19,312 bases of DNA from an uncultured archaeon. Its GTDB lineage: Archaea; Asgardarchaeota; Heimdallarchaeia; Heimdallarchaeales; Heimdallarchaeaceae. The stretch spans positions 1 through 19,312 of the forward strand of contig CAZJUB010000048.1 in the NCBI GenBank assembly GCA_964549075.1. The letters run 5' to 3'. Under the pieces are notes generated by a model, which worked only from the letters and a program-made list of their open reading frames with translations, made no database searches and was not told the DNA's origin. Positions 6,992 to 16,119 of the stretch are shown here, piece after piece. Position 1 is the first letter of the stretch. Every line of letters starts with the position of its first letter. A program made the translations under genes and the position numbers.

Positions 6992-8344
6992 TTAATCAAT
7001 ATCTATGTCAATTCCTTCTTCGTCCTCTAATTCTTCTTCTAAACGTTTCTTTCTTAAATAAATCATTTCAGCAAGTTTCAAAGCTTCTAAGCCAAGTTGG
7101 GTTATAAGATATCGACCTCTAATTGCTTCTCTTGTTATGTAATTTTCATCTTGCAGGATATCTGTATGGTGTTTGAAAGTTCCACCTTTTAATTCAGTAT
7201 CCTCAGAAAGCTCTTTCTGATATTGTGGAGATAATTCCAGAATCTTGAGAATCTTTAATCGATTTTTGTCTCCTAATGCTGAAAGTAGCTCTGAAGCTTC
7301 TTCATAAAATTCTTCCTGAGCTTTTATTGCAATCCTTCCGTTTGAAGAAGTTGTTCCATTAAGGTCTTCAGAATCACCAATGCTTATCACTTTTCTTATG
7401 CCTTTTTTTCCTTCTCCCCATGCAGTTCTGAGTGTTGTTTCCAGGTTTTTTCCAACAGAGTCAACAACCTTGGTTACATACTCACTTATTGTACCATCTA
7501 CATCAAAATCATTTGTTCCAATAATTTTTATTGCTTTATTTTTCTGAGCTTCATGAATTTTAGATGCTCTTCTTCGTAATCTAGAAAACTCACGTCTTGT
7601 TTGAGCTAAAGCAGATCTAGTTCGACTCAAGTTTATCATTGCATTTCTAAGGTCTTGTTCATTTTCTTTCAGTTCTCGCTCAATTTCAACTTGTTTTTCT
7701 AAATCATTTTCTCTATAAGCTCTCTCAAGGCGTCTTCTGATATCTAAAGAAGCTCTTCTGACTTCTTCAACATGTCCTCTTTCTTCATCAACATCTCTTT
7801 GGGCTTCATCAATGTCTCTTCTAGCTTCATCAATTTCTTTTCTCATCTCATTGAACTCTTTATCACTAAGTCCTGATGATTTTGTTATTTTGTCTGTTTC
7901 AACCTCTAGATATTTATTGAATTCTTTTTGCATTCTTTGAGAAATTTTCTCAGCTGTTTTCATTCCCTCTTTAGTTGCTTTCTCAACTTTTTTCTTCAAA
8001 TCTTTGAGTTTTTCTTTGAATTCTTCACTATCAAAATCAAAATAAAACTGATTTGGAAAGAATACGTGTTCTGGAGGTTCTGGCGGTTCTGGAGCCTCAG
8101 GTGGTTCAGGAATTTCGGGAGAAAATGATTTTTCATGTTTTTCTCTTATCGACTCTTTATGTATCCTCCCCTTCTCTCTTTCTAACCTTTCAATATCCTT
8201 TTCTAACTTCCTTTTTACATCTTCTTTCTCAGCAACGTCTAAATTCTTGTAAGCATCAGATTGGGATTTTGACAAATTCTTAATTAATTCTTTTAATTCT
8301 TCGATTTCTTCTCTCAATTCATTTATTTCTTCATCTTTTGACAT
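6992..8344 (-). CDS. ArsR-family winged-HTH regulator with a long N-terminal coiled coil and Pro/Glu linker
   Basis: C-terminal LSALGDKNRLKILKIL...QKELSEDTELKGGTFKHHTDILQDENYI...GRYLIT is an ArsR wHTH. Heptad repeats EIDEARR-DIDEAQR-DVDEERG-HVEEVRR; PEIPEPPEAPEPPEPPE linker; SD GAGGTGA. Confidence 0.85.
   Translation of the reverse strand: MSKDEEINELREEIEELKELIKNLSKSQSDAYKNLDVAEKEDVKRKLEKDIERLEREKGRIHKESIREKHEKSFSPEIPEPPEAPEPPEPPEHVFFPNQFYFDFDSEEFKEKLKDLKKKVEKATKEGMKTAEKISQRMQKEFNKYLEVETDKITKSSGLSDKEFNEMRKEIDEARRDIDEAQRDVDEERGHVEEVRRASLDIRRRLERAYRENDLEKQVEIERELKENEQDLRNAMINLSRTRSALAQTRREFSRLRRRASKIHEAQKNKAIKIIGTNDFDVDGTISEYVTKVVDSVGKNLETTLRTAWGEGKKGIRKVISIGDSEDLNGTTSSNGRIAIKAQEEFYEEASELLSALGDKNRLKILKILELSPQYQKELSEDTELKGGTFKHHTDILQDENYITREAIRGRYLITQLGLEALKLAEMIYLRKKRLEEELEDEEGIDIDID
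8069..8119 (-). repeat. In-frame 9-bp degenerate repeat encoding (PEx)n linker
   Basis: Encodes PEIPEPPEAPEPPEPPE. Confidence 0.7.
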
Positions 8345-8346
8345 AA

Positions 8347-8580
8347 TTATTCACCTCGGTAATCATAATAAAACTCCCTCCCAGAACTGGAATCAACATC
8401 GGATTCAAAAATATTTTTTAAGCCTTCGCGGAGCTCATAAAACTCTTCTTCTAAATCCACAAACATTTCCTTTAAAGATCTTTTTAGATCTTGAGCAAAT
8501 GTTTTCAATGATTCCTTTACTTCATCAACTATGTTTTCTAATTCACAATCAATTTGTTCATCAAATCTATCTTTTCTCAT
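8347..8580 (-). CDS. Small amphipathic helical hypothetical protein (77 aa)
   Basis: SD GGTGA upstream, tightly coupled to both neighbours; amphipathic LENIVDEVKESLKTFAQDLKRSLKEMFVDLEEEFYELREGLKNIF. Confidence 0.75.
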   Translation of the reverse strand: MRKDRFDEQIDCELENIVDEVKESLKTFAQDLKRSLKEMFVDLEEEFYELREGLKNIFESDVDSSSGREFYYDYRGE

Positions 8581-8584
8581 TTTG

Positions 8585-8713
8585 TCACCAACAGACTTCG
8601 TAACTAGTTTGTTTCTTCTGTACTAATCTCCTAGCTCTTTCTAAATGGTTTATTTCATCTTTTAATCTGCGGATCTCCTGATCCAATGTTTTGAGGGTTT
8701 CTTTTTGGTTCAT
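8585..8713 (-). CDS. Small coiled-coil protein (42 aa), first gene of the ArsR operon
   Basis: Not in the track. ATG 8713 with SD AAGGTG; MNQKETLKTLDQEIRRLKDEINHLERARRLVQKKQTSYEVCW; its stop overlaps the SD of the next gene. Confidence 0.7.
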   Translation of the reverse strand: MNQKETLKTLDQEIRRLKDEINHLERARRLVQKKQTSYEVCW

Positions 8714-8731
8714 GTTTAACACCTTTATGAT

Positions 8732-8824
8732 TTACACACAAATCTTACTTAATTACAGATTTATGTAAGTATTCACCAAGACCTATATAAATATTACCAT
8801 TTTATACACAGAACTGTAAGTATT
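8732..8824 (-). promoter_or_regulatory. TATA box flanked by TACA-N6-TGTA palindromic operators
   Basis: Minus-strand TTTATATA at 8784-8791. TTACA-gattta-TGTAA (8753-8768) and TACA-cagaac-TGTAA (8805-8819) are both followed by GTATT. A degenerate third copy lies at 8732-8747. Confidence 0.6.
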
Positions 8825-9055
8825 GTGAAGTTGCTTGTTGTGCCTTTAAAAGGTGTTTTTCTGATAGTTTCTGCTTTCAAAATGTGTTCTTTTATGTTAA
8901 AAAATGAACAAGTTCTATTTGTAGATGTTCTGTAGGTGATACTTATTCATATTATAATGCTAACCAGTCTGGAATTAGTGAAAATAATTATTTGGGTATA
9001 TTTACTCTAATAAAGATAGTATGTATGAGAATATCATAATTAAAGAGGTAGTAGT

Positions 9056-9742
9056 TTGAAAAATTTAAAACCAGAATCTTTGGTAGAAGATACAAATTTT
9101 GAGCAGATAGATATTACGCAAAGTTATCTCAAAGCCATTGATTCTGTAATTAAAAATCAAAAAAATATGTCTCCCAATCTCAAAGAAAAGATCTATCCCA
9201 CTGGAATAAAGAAAATAACATATAGCCCTCAGACTGAATCTGTTTATTATTATGAAACAGATAAGATTGATAATTCAGGTATAAAAAATTCCTGGGAAAT
9301 ATTCGAGGATAGAGGAGCTTTGGTTGAAAGTAAGTTAATTGAACATCTTTCGGAAGTAGAGCCCATAAGAAATGATTTTGAAGCAATAAACAAAGATGAA
9401 GAAGAAATTGAAGAAATGAAAAATGGTGAATTAGTCTCTGCAATTATTGAGCATGTAAATGATTATGGAGAAAAAGCTTATCGGTATAGGATGGATAAGG
9501 GGATTAAAGAAAAATGTATGATTGTTAAATTTCAGAGAACCTCAATGGCTGAAGAGATAATCGTTTTTGGTTCTGATTCTTATTTAGTTTTGAATAGAGA
9601 AGAAGAGGAAGATATTGTTCATCAACGTATGATGAAATATATGAGTAGAACAGTAGTTAGTTGGTATTTTGAAGGTTTATTAAGAATCAAGAGATTGAAC
9701 GAAAAGCAACACAAATATAATAAAAAATCCTTTAATTACTAA
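9056..9742 (+). CDS. Hypothetical protein (228 aa)
   Basis: TTG start with SD GAGGT (9045-9049); long ORF; no motif recognised. Confidence 0.65.
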   Translation: MKNLKPESLVEDTNFEQIDITQSYLKAIDSVIKNQKNMSPNLKEKIYPTGIKKITYSPQTESVYYYETDKIDNSGIKNSWEIFEDRGALVESKLIEHLSEVEPIRNDFEAINKDEEEIEEMKNGELVSAIIEHVNDYGEKAYRYRMDKGIKEKCMIVKFQRTSMAEEIIVFGSDSYLVLNREEEEDIVHQRMMKYMSRTVVSWYFEGLLRIKRLNEKQHKYNKKSFNY

Positions 9743-9870
9743 TTATCGTTTTTAAAGAATTTATAAATAATATATATCCTCTACATATCACTCTGTATAA
9801 TACTCTCTTTTAAAATAAAATTAGAACGTTTTTGATCAGTAATTAACCTAATTTAATGAAGGTGAAAAAA

Positions 9871-10137
9871 ATGCTCTATGAACTAGATTCGATTTATTGT
9901 TCTAGATGTAAAGAGTTTACTCCCGTTTTTGATGCTTTTAATTATGATTTCTCTGCAATCGAGATTATTTGTAGCAACTGTGGAACAATATTACTAATAA
10001 TGAAAACAAAATATCAAAATAGTTTTGAACAAGATTTTAATGCTAGCAGAATTGAAACTTATTTGCAGAAAGAAAATCAAAGAAGCGCTAAAAAAGTTAA
10101 AATGCAAAAGATTATGACAGGAACAAATTCAGCGTAA
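9871..10137 (+). CDS. Small zinc-ribbon protein
   Basis: CSRC...CSNC. Start reassigned to ATG 9871 behind SD AAGGTGA (9859-9865). Confidence 0.7.
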   Translation: MLYELDSIYCSRCKEFTPVFDAFNYDFSAIEIICSNCGTILLIMKTKYQNSFEQDFNASRIETYLQKENQRSAKKVKMQKIMTGTNSA

Positions 10138-10186
10138 AATAATCATTAACCATACAATTTTTCAATGCAAACTAATTTTGTAAATT

Positions 10187-11410
10187 GTGAATATCGCTGA
10201 ATCTGAATTAGCTGTTGTTGGAGGTGGACCTGCAGGTTTAATTTCAGCAAGAAGAGCAGCTGAAGAAGGGAGCGATGTAGTTCTATTTGATTCTGGTAGA
10301 GAGATTGGTTTACCTGAGCATTGTGCGGGATTATTAAGTGTTCAGGGTCTTACTGATTTAAGTTTACAAAATCTACCTAGTGAGATCATTCAGAATGATG
10401 CAATTAAAGGTGCAATTATCTATTCTCCTTCAGGAAAATCTATCACTGTTGAAAAACGTCAACCTACTGCATATGTAGTTAACCGTTCAAAGCTTGACCA
10501 TTATCTTTACGATTTAGCAGTTGATTCTGGTGTGAAGGTACATCTGTCCTCTAGAGTACTTAATTTAGAAAGGGATAACAATTCAATACTACTAAAATTA
10601 GGAAAAAGAAGTGTGTTTAAGCATCATCAAAGTAACATTGTTATTCTTGCAGAAGGACGATTTCCTAAGCTTAATCAACAACTTGGTCTTCCTCCTCCTA
10701 AAAAAGAGAAAATTGTCTTTTCATCAATGTATATTATGCAAAATATCAAAGATATCAATGATGAGTTTGTTGAACTTTATCAAGATCAAAGATTTGCTTC
10801 TGGTTTCTTTAGTTGGATAATTCCTATAGATAATAAAACAGCTAAAGTTGGTCTCGCCTCAACAGAAGTTCCTGCTAGTACTTATCTTAATAATTTCATC
10901 AAAAATCATCCTGTTGCAAAAATCAAACTCAAAAATGCTGAGATAATTAAAAGAACAAATGGAGCTATACCACTTGGTTCCTTCATTAAAAAGACACATA
11001 CAGATAATGCTTTAGTTGTCGGAGATGCAGCAGGTCAAACCAAACCTACCACAGGAGGAGGAGTTATATTTGGAGGGATTGCAGCACAAATTGCTGGTAG
11101 AATTGCAAGTGATGCAATAAAACAATCTCGTTATGATAAACGATTTTTAGCACAATACTCAAAACAGTGGAAAAAAGAGCTTAAATTTGATCTTTTAACC
11201 ATGAAAATGGTTCGTAATTATCTAAATGGTTTAAGTGAGAAAGAAACAGAGAGATTTTTTGAATTAATTAATATTCCCCGAATTACGAAGATAATCTCGA
11301 ACAAAGGAGATGTAGACTATCAGCGAAAAGTGGTATTTAATCTGCTATTAGAACCTAGAGTGTGGCCATTTTTTCTAAAAACAGGAATCAAATTTTTACT
11401 AAAATTATAA
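10187..11410 (+). CDS. Geranylgeranyl reductase family FAD oxidoreductase (DGGGPL reductase-like)
   Basis: VVGGGPAG Rossmann motif, PEHCAG, NRSKLD, FSWIIP and VGDAAGQTKPTTGGGV. Confidence 0.9.
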   Translation: MNIAESELAVVGGGPAGLISARRAAEEGSDVVLFDSGREIGLPEHCAGLLSVQGLTDLSLQNLPSEIIQNDAIKGAIIYSPSGKSITVEKRQPTAYVVNRSKLDHYLYDLAVDSGVKVHLSSRVLNLERDNNSILLKLGKRSVFKHHQSNIVILAEGRFPKLNQQLGLPPPKKEKIVFSSMYIMQNIKDINDEFVELYQDQRFASGFFSWIIPIDNKTAKVGLASTEVPASTYLNNFIKNHPVAKIKLKNAEIIKRTNGAIPLGSFIKKTHTDNALVVGDAAGQTKPTTGGGVIFGGIAAQIAGRIASDAIKQSRYDKRFLAQYSKQWKKELKFDLLTMKMVRNYLNGLSEKETERFFELINIPRITKIISNKGDVDYQRKVVFNLLLEPRVWPFFLKTGIKFLLKL

Positions 11411-11432
11411 AATGAAAAGTATTAGTCTGAAA

Positions 11433-11897
11433 CTAATACCTTGTTTTAAGAGCAGAAAGTTTGAGTTTAACTTTTACAGAATTTTGTGTTATCACTTTAT
11501 AATCTGAGGATCCTAGAGGAACTGCTAGCTCATTGTCTATAATAATATCATCATTTTTCCCAGGATCTCTCTCAAATACATGAAATGGTACCTGTACCAC
11601 TCCTCCTTCCGGAGCTTCTCTAAATTCTGTATATAATGTTAAGCCATTTAAGGGTTGGTAAACTTCATTCTTTTCAAGATTTATTGTTCCCCTATTTGGG
11701 ATTCTTCCGCTGTAATTTGGTCTTTTTCCAACTCGAAAGTATAACTCAGATTCATTTCCGAGTAAATCTCTATCTTCCAAAACCTTAAGCGAAATAAGTT
11801 CAACTATAACTTGGTATCTATCTTTAAATTCTTTAGAATCTCTCTGTCCTCGGGCATATGTGTCTTTATAGACTTTCTTGACAACTCGTCTTCCCAT
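11433..11897 (-). CDS. Stand-alone C2-domain-like protein
   Basis: VIVELISLKVLEDRDLLGNESELYFRV resembles C2 loop 1 (D-x-x-G-x-SDPYV); FHVFERDPGKNDDII resembles loop 3 (V-x-D-x-D-xxx-x-DD-x-IG); all-beta pattern. Confidence 0.6.
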   Translation of the reverse strand: MGRRVVKKVYKDTYARGQRDSKEFKDRYQVIVELISLKVLEDRDLLGNESELYFRVGKRPNYSGRIPNRGTINLEKNEVYQPLNGLTLYTEFREAPEGGVVQVPFHVFERDPGKNDDIIIDNELAVPLGSSDYKVITQNSVKVKLKLSALKTRY

Positions 11898-11946
11898 ATA
11901 ATCACACTAAAAATAATAGAGAATGTGTGTTTAAAACTTTTTTTCC

Positions 11947-13092
11947 CTATTCATTTTTTAAGAATTCTACTAAACAGAAGTTACCTCTACGTGTTGCAGG
12001 TATTCTTTCTCCAACTCTGAAATTCATATCTGGAAGTAAGGTTTGTAACATTCCTTCCCACATAAACAAGACGAAATCACATAAATCACGCTTTCCTTCC
12101 ACACATTTTTCTCCTGGTGCATATGTACAATACCCTCTCGCGGGAAATTCTACATACGCTACCTTTCTTGAAATACTTGATGTTATATCAGATGGTAGAT
12201 AAGCTTTCAGATCTTCTGATGTTTTTTCTTGCAGTGTTTTAATTACGTATTGACCAATCATTGAAGAGATTTCTCTCATATTCTGCTCAGAATCTCTTAT
12301 ATTTATTAACAGAAATTCTATTAGGAATAAAACGTGCAGATCATTAAATTCTGCTTTTGCTTTTTTAACAATTGAATCCTCTATATCACTGAAGAAAGTT
12401 GTCGTAATCTCACCTAAGACCTTGTGAAAAATAGGCAGTATCATGGTAGAAGGGAATTCTTTCAAAATGGGTGAAAAAACTGTTTCTAGATTGAGTTCAA
12501 TACTCGCTTTGACCTCTTCTTCAACAGATGAAACTTGTTGTGAAGTCGGGGTAGATTGAGCTTTTCGAGTTTGATTTGTTGTGATGGATGGCAAAACTTC
12601 ACTAGAAACTATAGTACTAGAAGGAATGCTTTGCTCTACCTTCTGAATAATAATTTGCAATTGTTGAGATTCAAACTGACTAGGTATTTGCTCCACTCTT
12701 ACATCTGTTTCAAATAGAAGATAACCTAATGCTTTCATCATACCTGACACAATAAGTAAATAAGGAGAAGATCCTGCACTGGAGGTTATAAATCGATTTG
12801 CACCTAGTTGAATAATTGCGTTATCTTCCTTGGTTTCAATTTCAATGTTCTTCCACCCTAAAGATTCTACTAGTAAATCAAATTGCTCTTCGATTGAAAG
12901 ATCTCTATGTGGTGTAAAATAGGTATAAAAAACATCAGCTATAGCTGTAATCATAACTTTTTCAGTTTCTTTGTTAGTAATGTCAAGCGAAGCTATAATT
13001 TTTTCTAATGAATTCATTAGAATTTTAATTGTTTGAAGAGATCTTAATTTATCGCTTCCTTTATTTGTCCAAGTTGGAGAAAAACCACTCAT
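11947..13092 (-). CDS. Tandem V4R / TRAPP-Bet3-like domain protein (381 aa)
   Basis: Start reassigned to ATG 13092 (SD AAGGAG). N-domain LVESLGWKNIEI...VSGMMKALGYLLFETDVRVEQI; C-domain YC...LCDFVLFMWEGMLQTLL...VGERIPATRRGNFCLVEF, a V4R Cys pattern; S/T/Q-rich linker between them. Confidence 0.65.
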   Translation of the reverse strand: MSGFSPTWTNKGSDKLRSLQTIKILMNSLEKIIASLDITNKETEKVMITAIADVFYTYFTPHRDLSIEEQFDLLVESLGWKNIEIETKEDNAIIQLGANRFITSSAGSSPYLLIVSGMMKALGYLLFETDVRVEQIPSQFESQQLQIIIQKVEQSIPSSTIVSSEVLPSITTNQTRKAQSTPTSQQVSSVEEEVKASIELNLETVFSPILKEFPSTMILPIFHKVLGEITTTFFSDIEDSIVKKAKAEFNDLHVLFLIEFLLINIRDSEQNMREISSMIGQYVIKTLQEKTSEDLKAYLPSDITSSISRKVAYVEFPARGYCTYAPGEKCVEGKRDLCDFVLFMWEGMLQTLLPDMNFRVGERIPATRRGNFCLVEFLKNE

Positions 13093-13335
13093 ATAAATCT
13101 GCTCCTTAATGATGCAAATACTGAAATTCCTCTTACTTAAGATGTTAAAAGCATTATTATAACCTTTATGATATTCTCGTTTCAAAATACATGAAAATTT
13201 CAGTGGCGTTTCTTTTAATATACATTACATGTTGTAATAGTTTTACTAATCTAGGATATATAAAAATAGTTTAATTCAAAAAGCTTAAAACAGCAACCTA
13301 AACGTAAGTGTATAGATAATCATTTAGTGGTTATT

Positions 13336-13518
13336 ATGAGTAAAACAATAAGTATGCCAACATGTACCTCATGTAACAAAAAAGTTAGCCCTAGTGAAGA
13401 AGGAGTTACACGTTTCTCATGTCCTAATTGTAATGATGTATTGATTATTAGATGTAAAAAATGTCGATTATTTGGTAATGAGTATGTGTGTCCAAAATGC
13501 AACTTTAAAGGTCCATAA
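13336..13518 (+). CDS. Zinc-finger microprotein (DUF1610 / HVO_2753-like)
   Basis: CTSC...F-x-CPNC...I-x-RC-xx-CR...Y-x-CPKC-x-F-x-GP; conserved position upstream of EF-1beta. Confidence 0.92.
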   Translation: MSKTISMPTCTSCNKKVSPSEEGVTRFSCPNCNDVLIIRCKKCRLFGNEYVCPKCNFKGP

Positions 13519-13531
13519 AAAGGTGAAATAA

Positions 13532-13801
13532 TTGGGTGAAGTTTTAGTAGTATATGAAATAAGACCAGAATCAGTTGAAGTGACTCCAGATAAACTTGAA
13601 CAATTAATTAGAAGTAAACTTCCTGAAACATTTAAGATGCAAAATGATCCTGAACATAAACCATTGTTCTTTGGATTAGTAGGACTTATTGGACAATTTA
13701 TAATTCCAGAAGTCGATGGTGCTCAAGATCAATTAGAAGAACTATTTGATTCAATAGAAGAAATCTCATCTTTTCAAATGACATTTGTTACAAGATTGTA
13801 G
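13532..13801 (+). CDS. ef1b: Translation elongation factor 1-beta
   Basis: MGEVLVVYEIRPESVEV...KPLFFGL...VTRL; TTG start with SD AGGTGA; synteny with the DUF1610 gene. Confidence 0.93.
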   Translation: MGEVLVVYEIRPESVEVTPDKLEQLIRSKLPETFKMQNDPEHKPLFFGLVGLIGQFIIPEVDGAQDQLEELFDSIEEISSFQMTFVTRL

Positions 13802-13826
13802 TATTTGTTTTGTAGTATCTGTTACT

Positions 13827-15926
13827 CTAATTTCTCTCTTTTTCTAATTCGACAGATTTCTGCATTGTGATTCTAATTGCGAATCCTTTGGTCCAGTCAT
13901 CTGGATTTTTATCTTCAATTTTTATTGCATATGAATATTTTTTCGCAATTTCCTTTACAATCATAAAGCCTAGATGTTTTCTCAATGTTTCATCAAATGG
14001 TGATTGTTCAATAGCTCTTTGAATCTCATCTCGTAATTCTGGTGGGATACCTTTTTTATCAACGATTTCAATTTCAAAGAACTCATTTTCTTCTTCATCC
14101 ACAATCTCTTTTCCTGAAATTTCTATAATAACCTCAGAGTCATTAGTTTTCTGTGTTAAGCTAAGAAATACATAATAAAACATATCATAAAGATAAGTTC
14201 CCCCAAGAATTTTAATAATATTTGGGATATCTATTGTTACATTAAATGTAGTAGAAGAAAATTCTTCTTTTGTTTTTTCTAATACTCTTAACAATGTCAT
14301 TTTAAGAGGAACGAAATGTAATTCATCACCGCTTGAAACGTCTAAAACATTTGAGAGTAACCTAATATCTTGAACTATTGAAGTCCCTCTCCTGACCAAA
14401 GTATTTACTCTCTCTAAAACGCCATCTTGTTCCGGTGGGATATTATCTTTGAGTAATTCATAGTAACCAGATATTCCAAATAAGATATTGTAAATATCAT
14501 GAGTTAGAACATTAAGATACATTCTAGATCTGTTTGAATATTCTTCAGCGATAGATTGAAGTTTAGTTGTTTCTGTTATATCAACTAGTGTTAAAACCAC
14601 ACAATATTCACCAGTTAGATTATTGATGGTTGGAGACATTTGAACGAAGAATGTTCGAGTATCATGATTGCCCATCTGAAAAATTTCTATTTCTAATTTC
14701 ATAGTATCCTTTGCTATATTTGCTATGACATCACGAATTTTCTGAAGCATTACCTTTGCTTTATCAGCATCCAAATTCAGGAGATGATCTAATTTTAAAC
14801 CGACACTCTCATCATGACTCAAATTAAATATTTGTTCAGCTTGTTTGTTAAGATAAATCATTTCAAACCTATTACCTACTAACATTACAGGAAAAGCTGA
14901 GAATTCAGAAGTCTGAGTTATCTGTTGTATATCATCAAGAAGTCTTTTCCTCTGTAAAGTTAGGAAAAGTTGGTTCGCCATTATTCTAAGAAAATGAATA
15001 TTAGACTCAGATAATTTTTCCTGAGAATTTGATATAACTAGAAGAAAGCCAAGCATCAGGTTTATTGACCCAATAGGAAGAATCAAGCCATATTGTTCTT
15101 CAAGATCTTCAAAGCTGATTTCTTCTATCTTGTTCGAAGTGTTATAATAACGCAGACTTGATATATCGAGAGTAGGTGATTTATAGTATTGAATTATTTT
15201 ATCATTTAATCCAATATGATGTATTAGCGAAACTTCCTCTATGTCTTTTATGAAAACACCTATGCATTCTATTCCAGTTTCAGTTTTAATTTTAGGTAAT
15301 ATTCTATTTAAAATCAGTTGAATTTCAGTGGTTTCAAGTGTCAGATTTGACATTTCTACAATTAAATCAGTTTGATGTTGTTTTAGAGTACTAAGATATT
15401 CTTTTATCCATGAAACTAAAATATCAGAAATTAAAGTGGTTGATTCTTTAATGATATCCACATATCTCTCTTTGTTGAATTTTACACTATTATCAAAAAG
15501 GAGTACATTAACTGCTCCTACATTACAATCGTCTATGACTAATGGTGAGATAATAATATCAACTACACCAAGTTCTTGAAATATGTGTTTATATTCAAAT
15601 TTATCCGAAATTTGGTCCAATGTTGCCCAAGTAAGTTTTGATCCACTAAAAGCTTCTGCAAATGGGTCCCCACTATCGTCAAAAAAGTCTATCTCTATTT
15701 CAACTTCCTCTAATCCCGCATGCTCATCAGTCAAACAAAATGGTACAAGACTCAGGTTTTCTGAATTATACTCTGAAACAAGTATTATTGCAGGTTTTAC
15801 AGAATTTTTAATTGATTGAGCTATTTTCAAAATAATGTCCTGTTTTTCTCTACTATTAGCTAATTCATTATTCTTTAGTAGTTGTAAGAACTCTTCTAAA
15901 GTATCTGATACAAGATTATTTTCCAT
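13827..15926 (-). CDS. GAF-GAF-PAS-HisKA sensor histidine kinase-like protein with degenerate HATPase domain
   Basis: GAF motifs (IIISPLVIDDCNVGAV; LILPIGSINLMLGFL), PAS (IYLNKQAEQIF...VVLTLVDITE) and H-box THDIYN are present. The N, G1 and G2 boxes are degenerate. Confidence 0.8.
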   Translation of the reverse strand: MENNLVSDTLEEFLQLLKNNELANSREKQDIILKIAQSIKNSVKPAIILVSEYNSENLSLVPFCLTDEHAGLEEVEIEIDFFDDSGDPFAEAFSGSKLTWATLDQISDKFEYKHIFQELGVVDIIISPLVIDDCNVGAVNVLLFDNSVKFNKERYVDIIKESTTLISDILVSWIKEYLSTLKQHQTDLIVEMSNLTLETTEIQLILNRILPKIKTETGIECIGVFIKDIEEVSLIHHIGLNDKIIQYYKSPTLDISSLRYYNTSNKIEEISFEDLEEQYGLILPIGSINLMLGFLLVISNSQEKLSESNIHFLRIMANQLFLTLQRKRLLDDIQQITQTSEFSAFPVMLVGNRFEMIYLNKQAEQIFNLSHDESVGLKLDHLLNLDADKAKVMLQKIRDVIANIAKDTMKLEIEIFQMGNHDTRTFFVQMSPTINNLTGEYCVVLTLVDITETTKLQSIAEEYSNRSRMYLNVLTHDIYNILFGISGYYELLKDNIPPEQDGVLERVNTLVRRGTSIVQDIRLLSNVLDVSSGDELHFVPLKMTLLRVLEKTKEEFSSTTFNVTIDIPNIIKILGGTYLYDMFYYVFLSLTQKTNDSEVIIEISGKEIVDEEENEFFEIEIVDKKGIPPELRDEIQRAIEQSPFDETLRKHLGFMIVKEIAKKYSYAIKIEDKNPDDWTKGFAIRITMQKSVELEKERN

Positions 15927-16119
15927 TTGTATCCCAATTTAGCTTTTTGTTGAAATGTAGAGATTGATGAGATTTGATTATAATCTATGTTTCTGTATTA
16001 TGGCTTACTTATATTCATTGTGTATGATGTAAAGTGTTTTCAGTTATAAAAATCAATAAAAAGAGTAATAGTCTAAGTATATTTAGGAGGAGATTGAAAC
16101 GACAATCACAGCTGTTCAA

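Noticed and set aside
13093-13185. 31-aa N-terminal extension of the V4R protein
   Set aside because: It covers AT-rich promoter-like sequence; SD AAGGAG supports ATG 13092.
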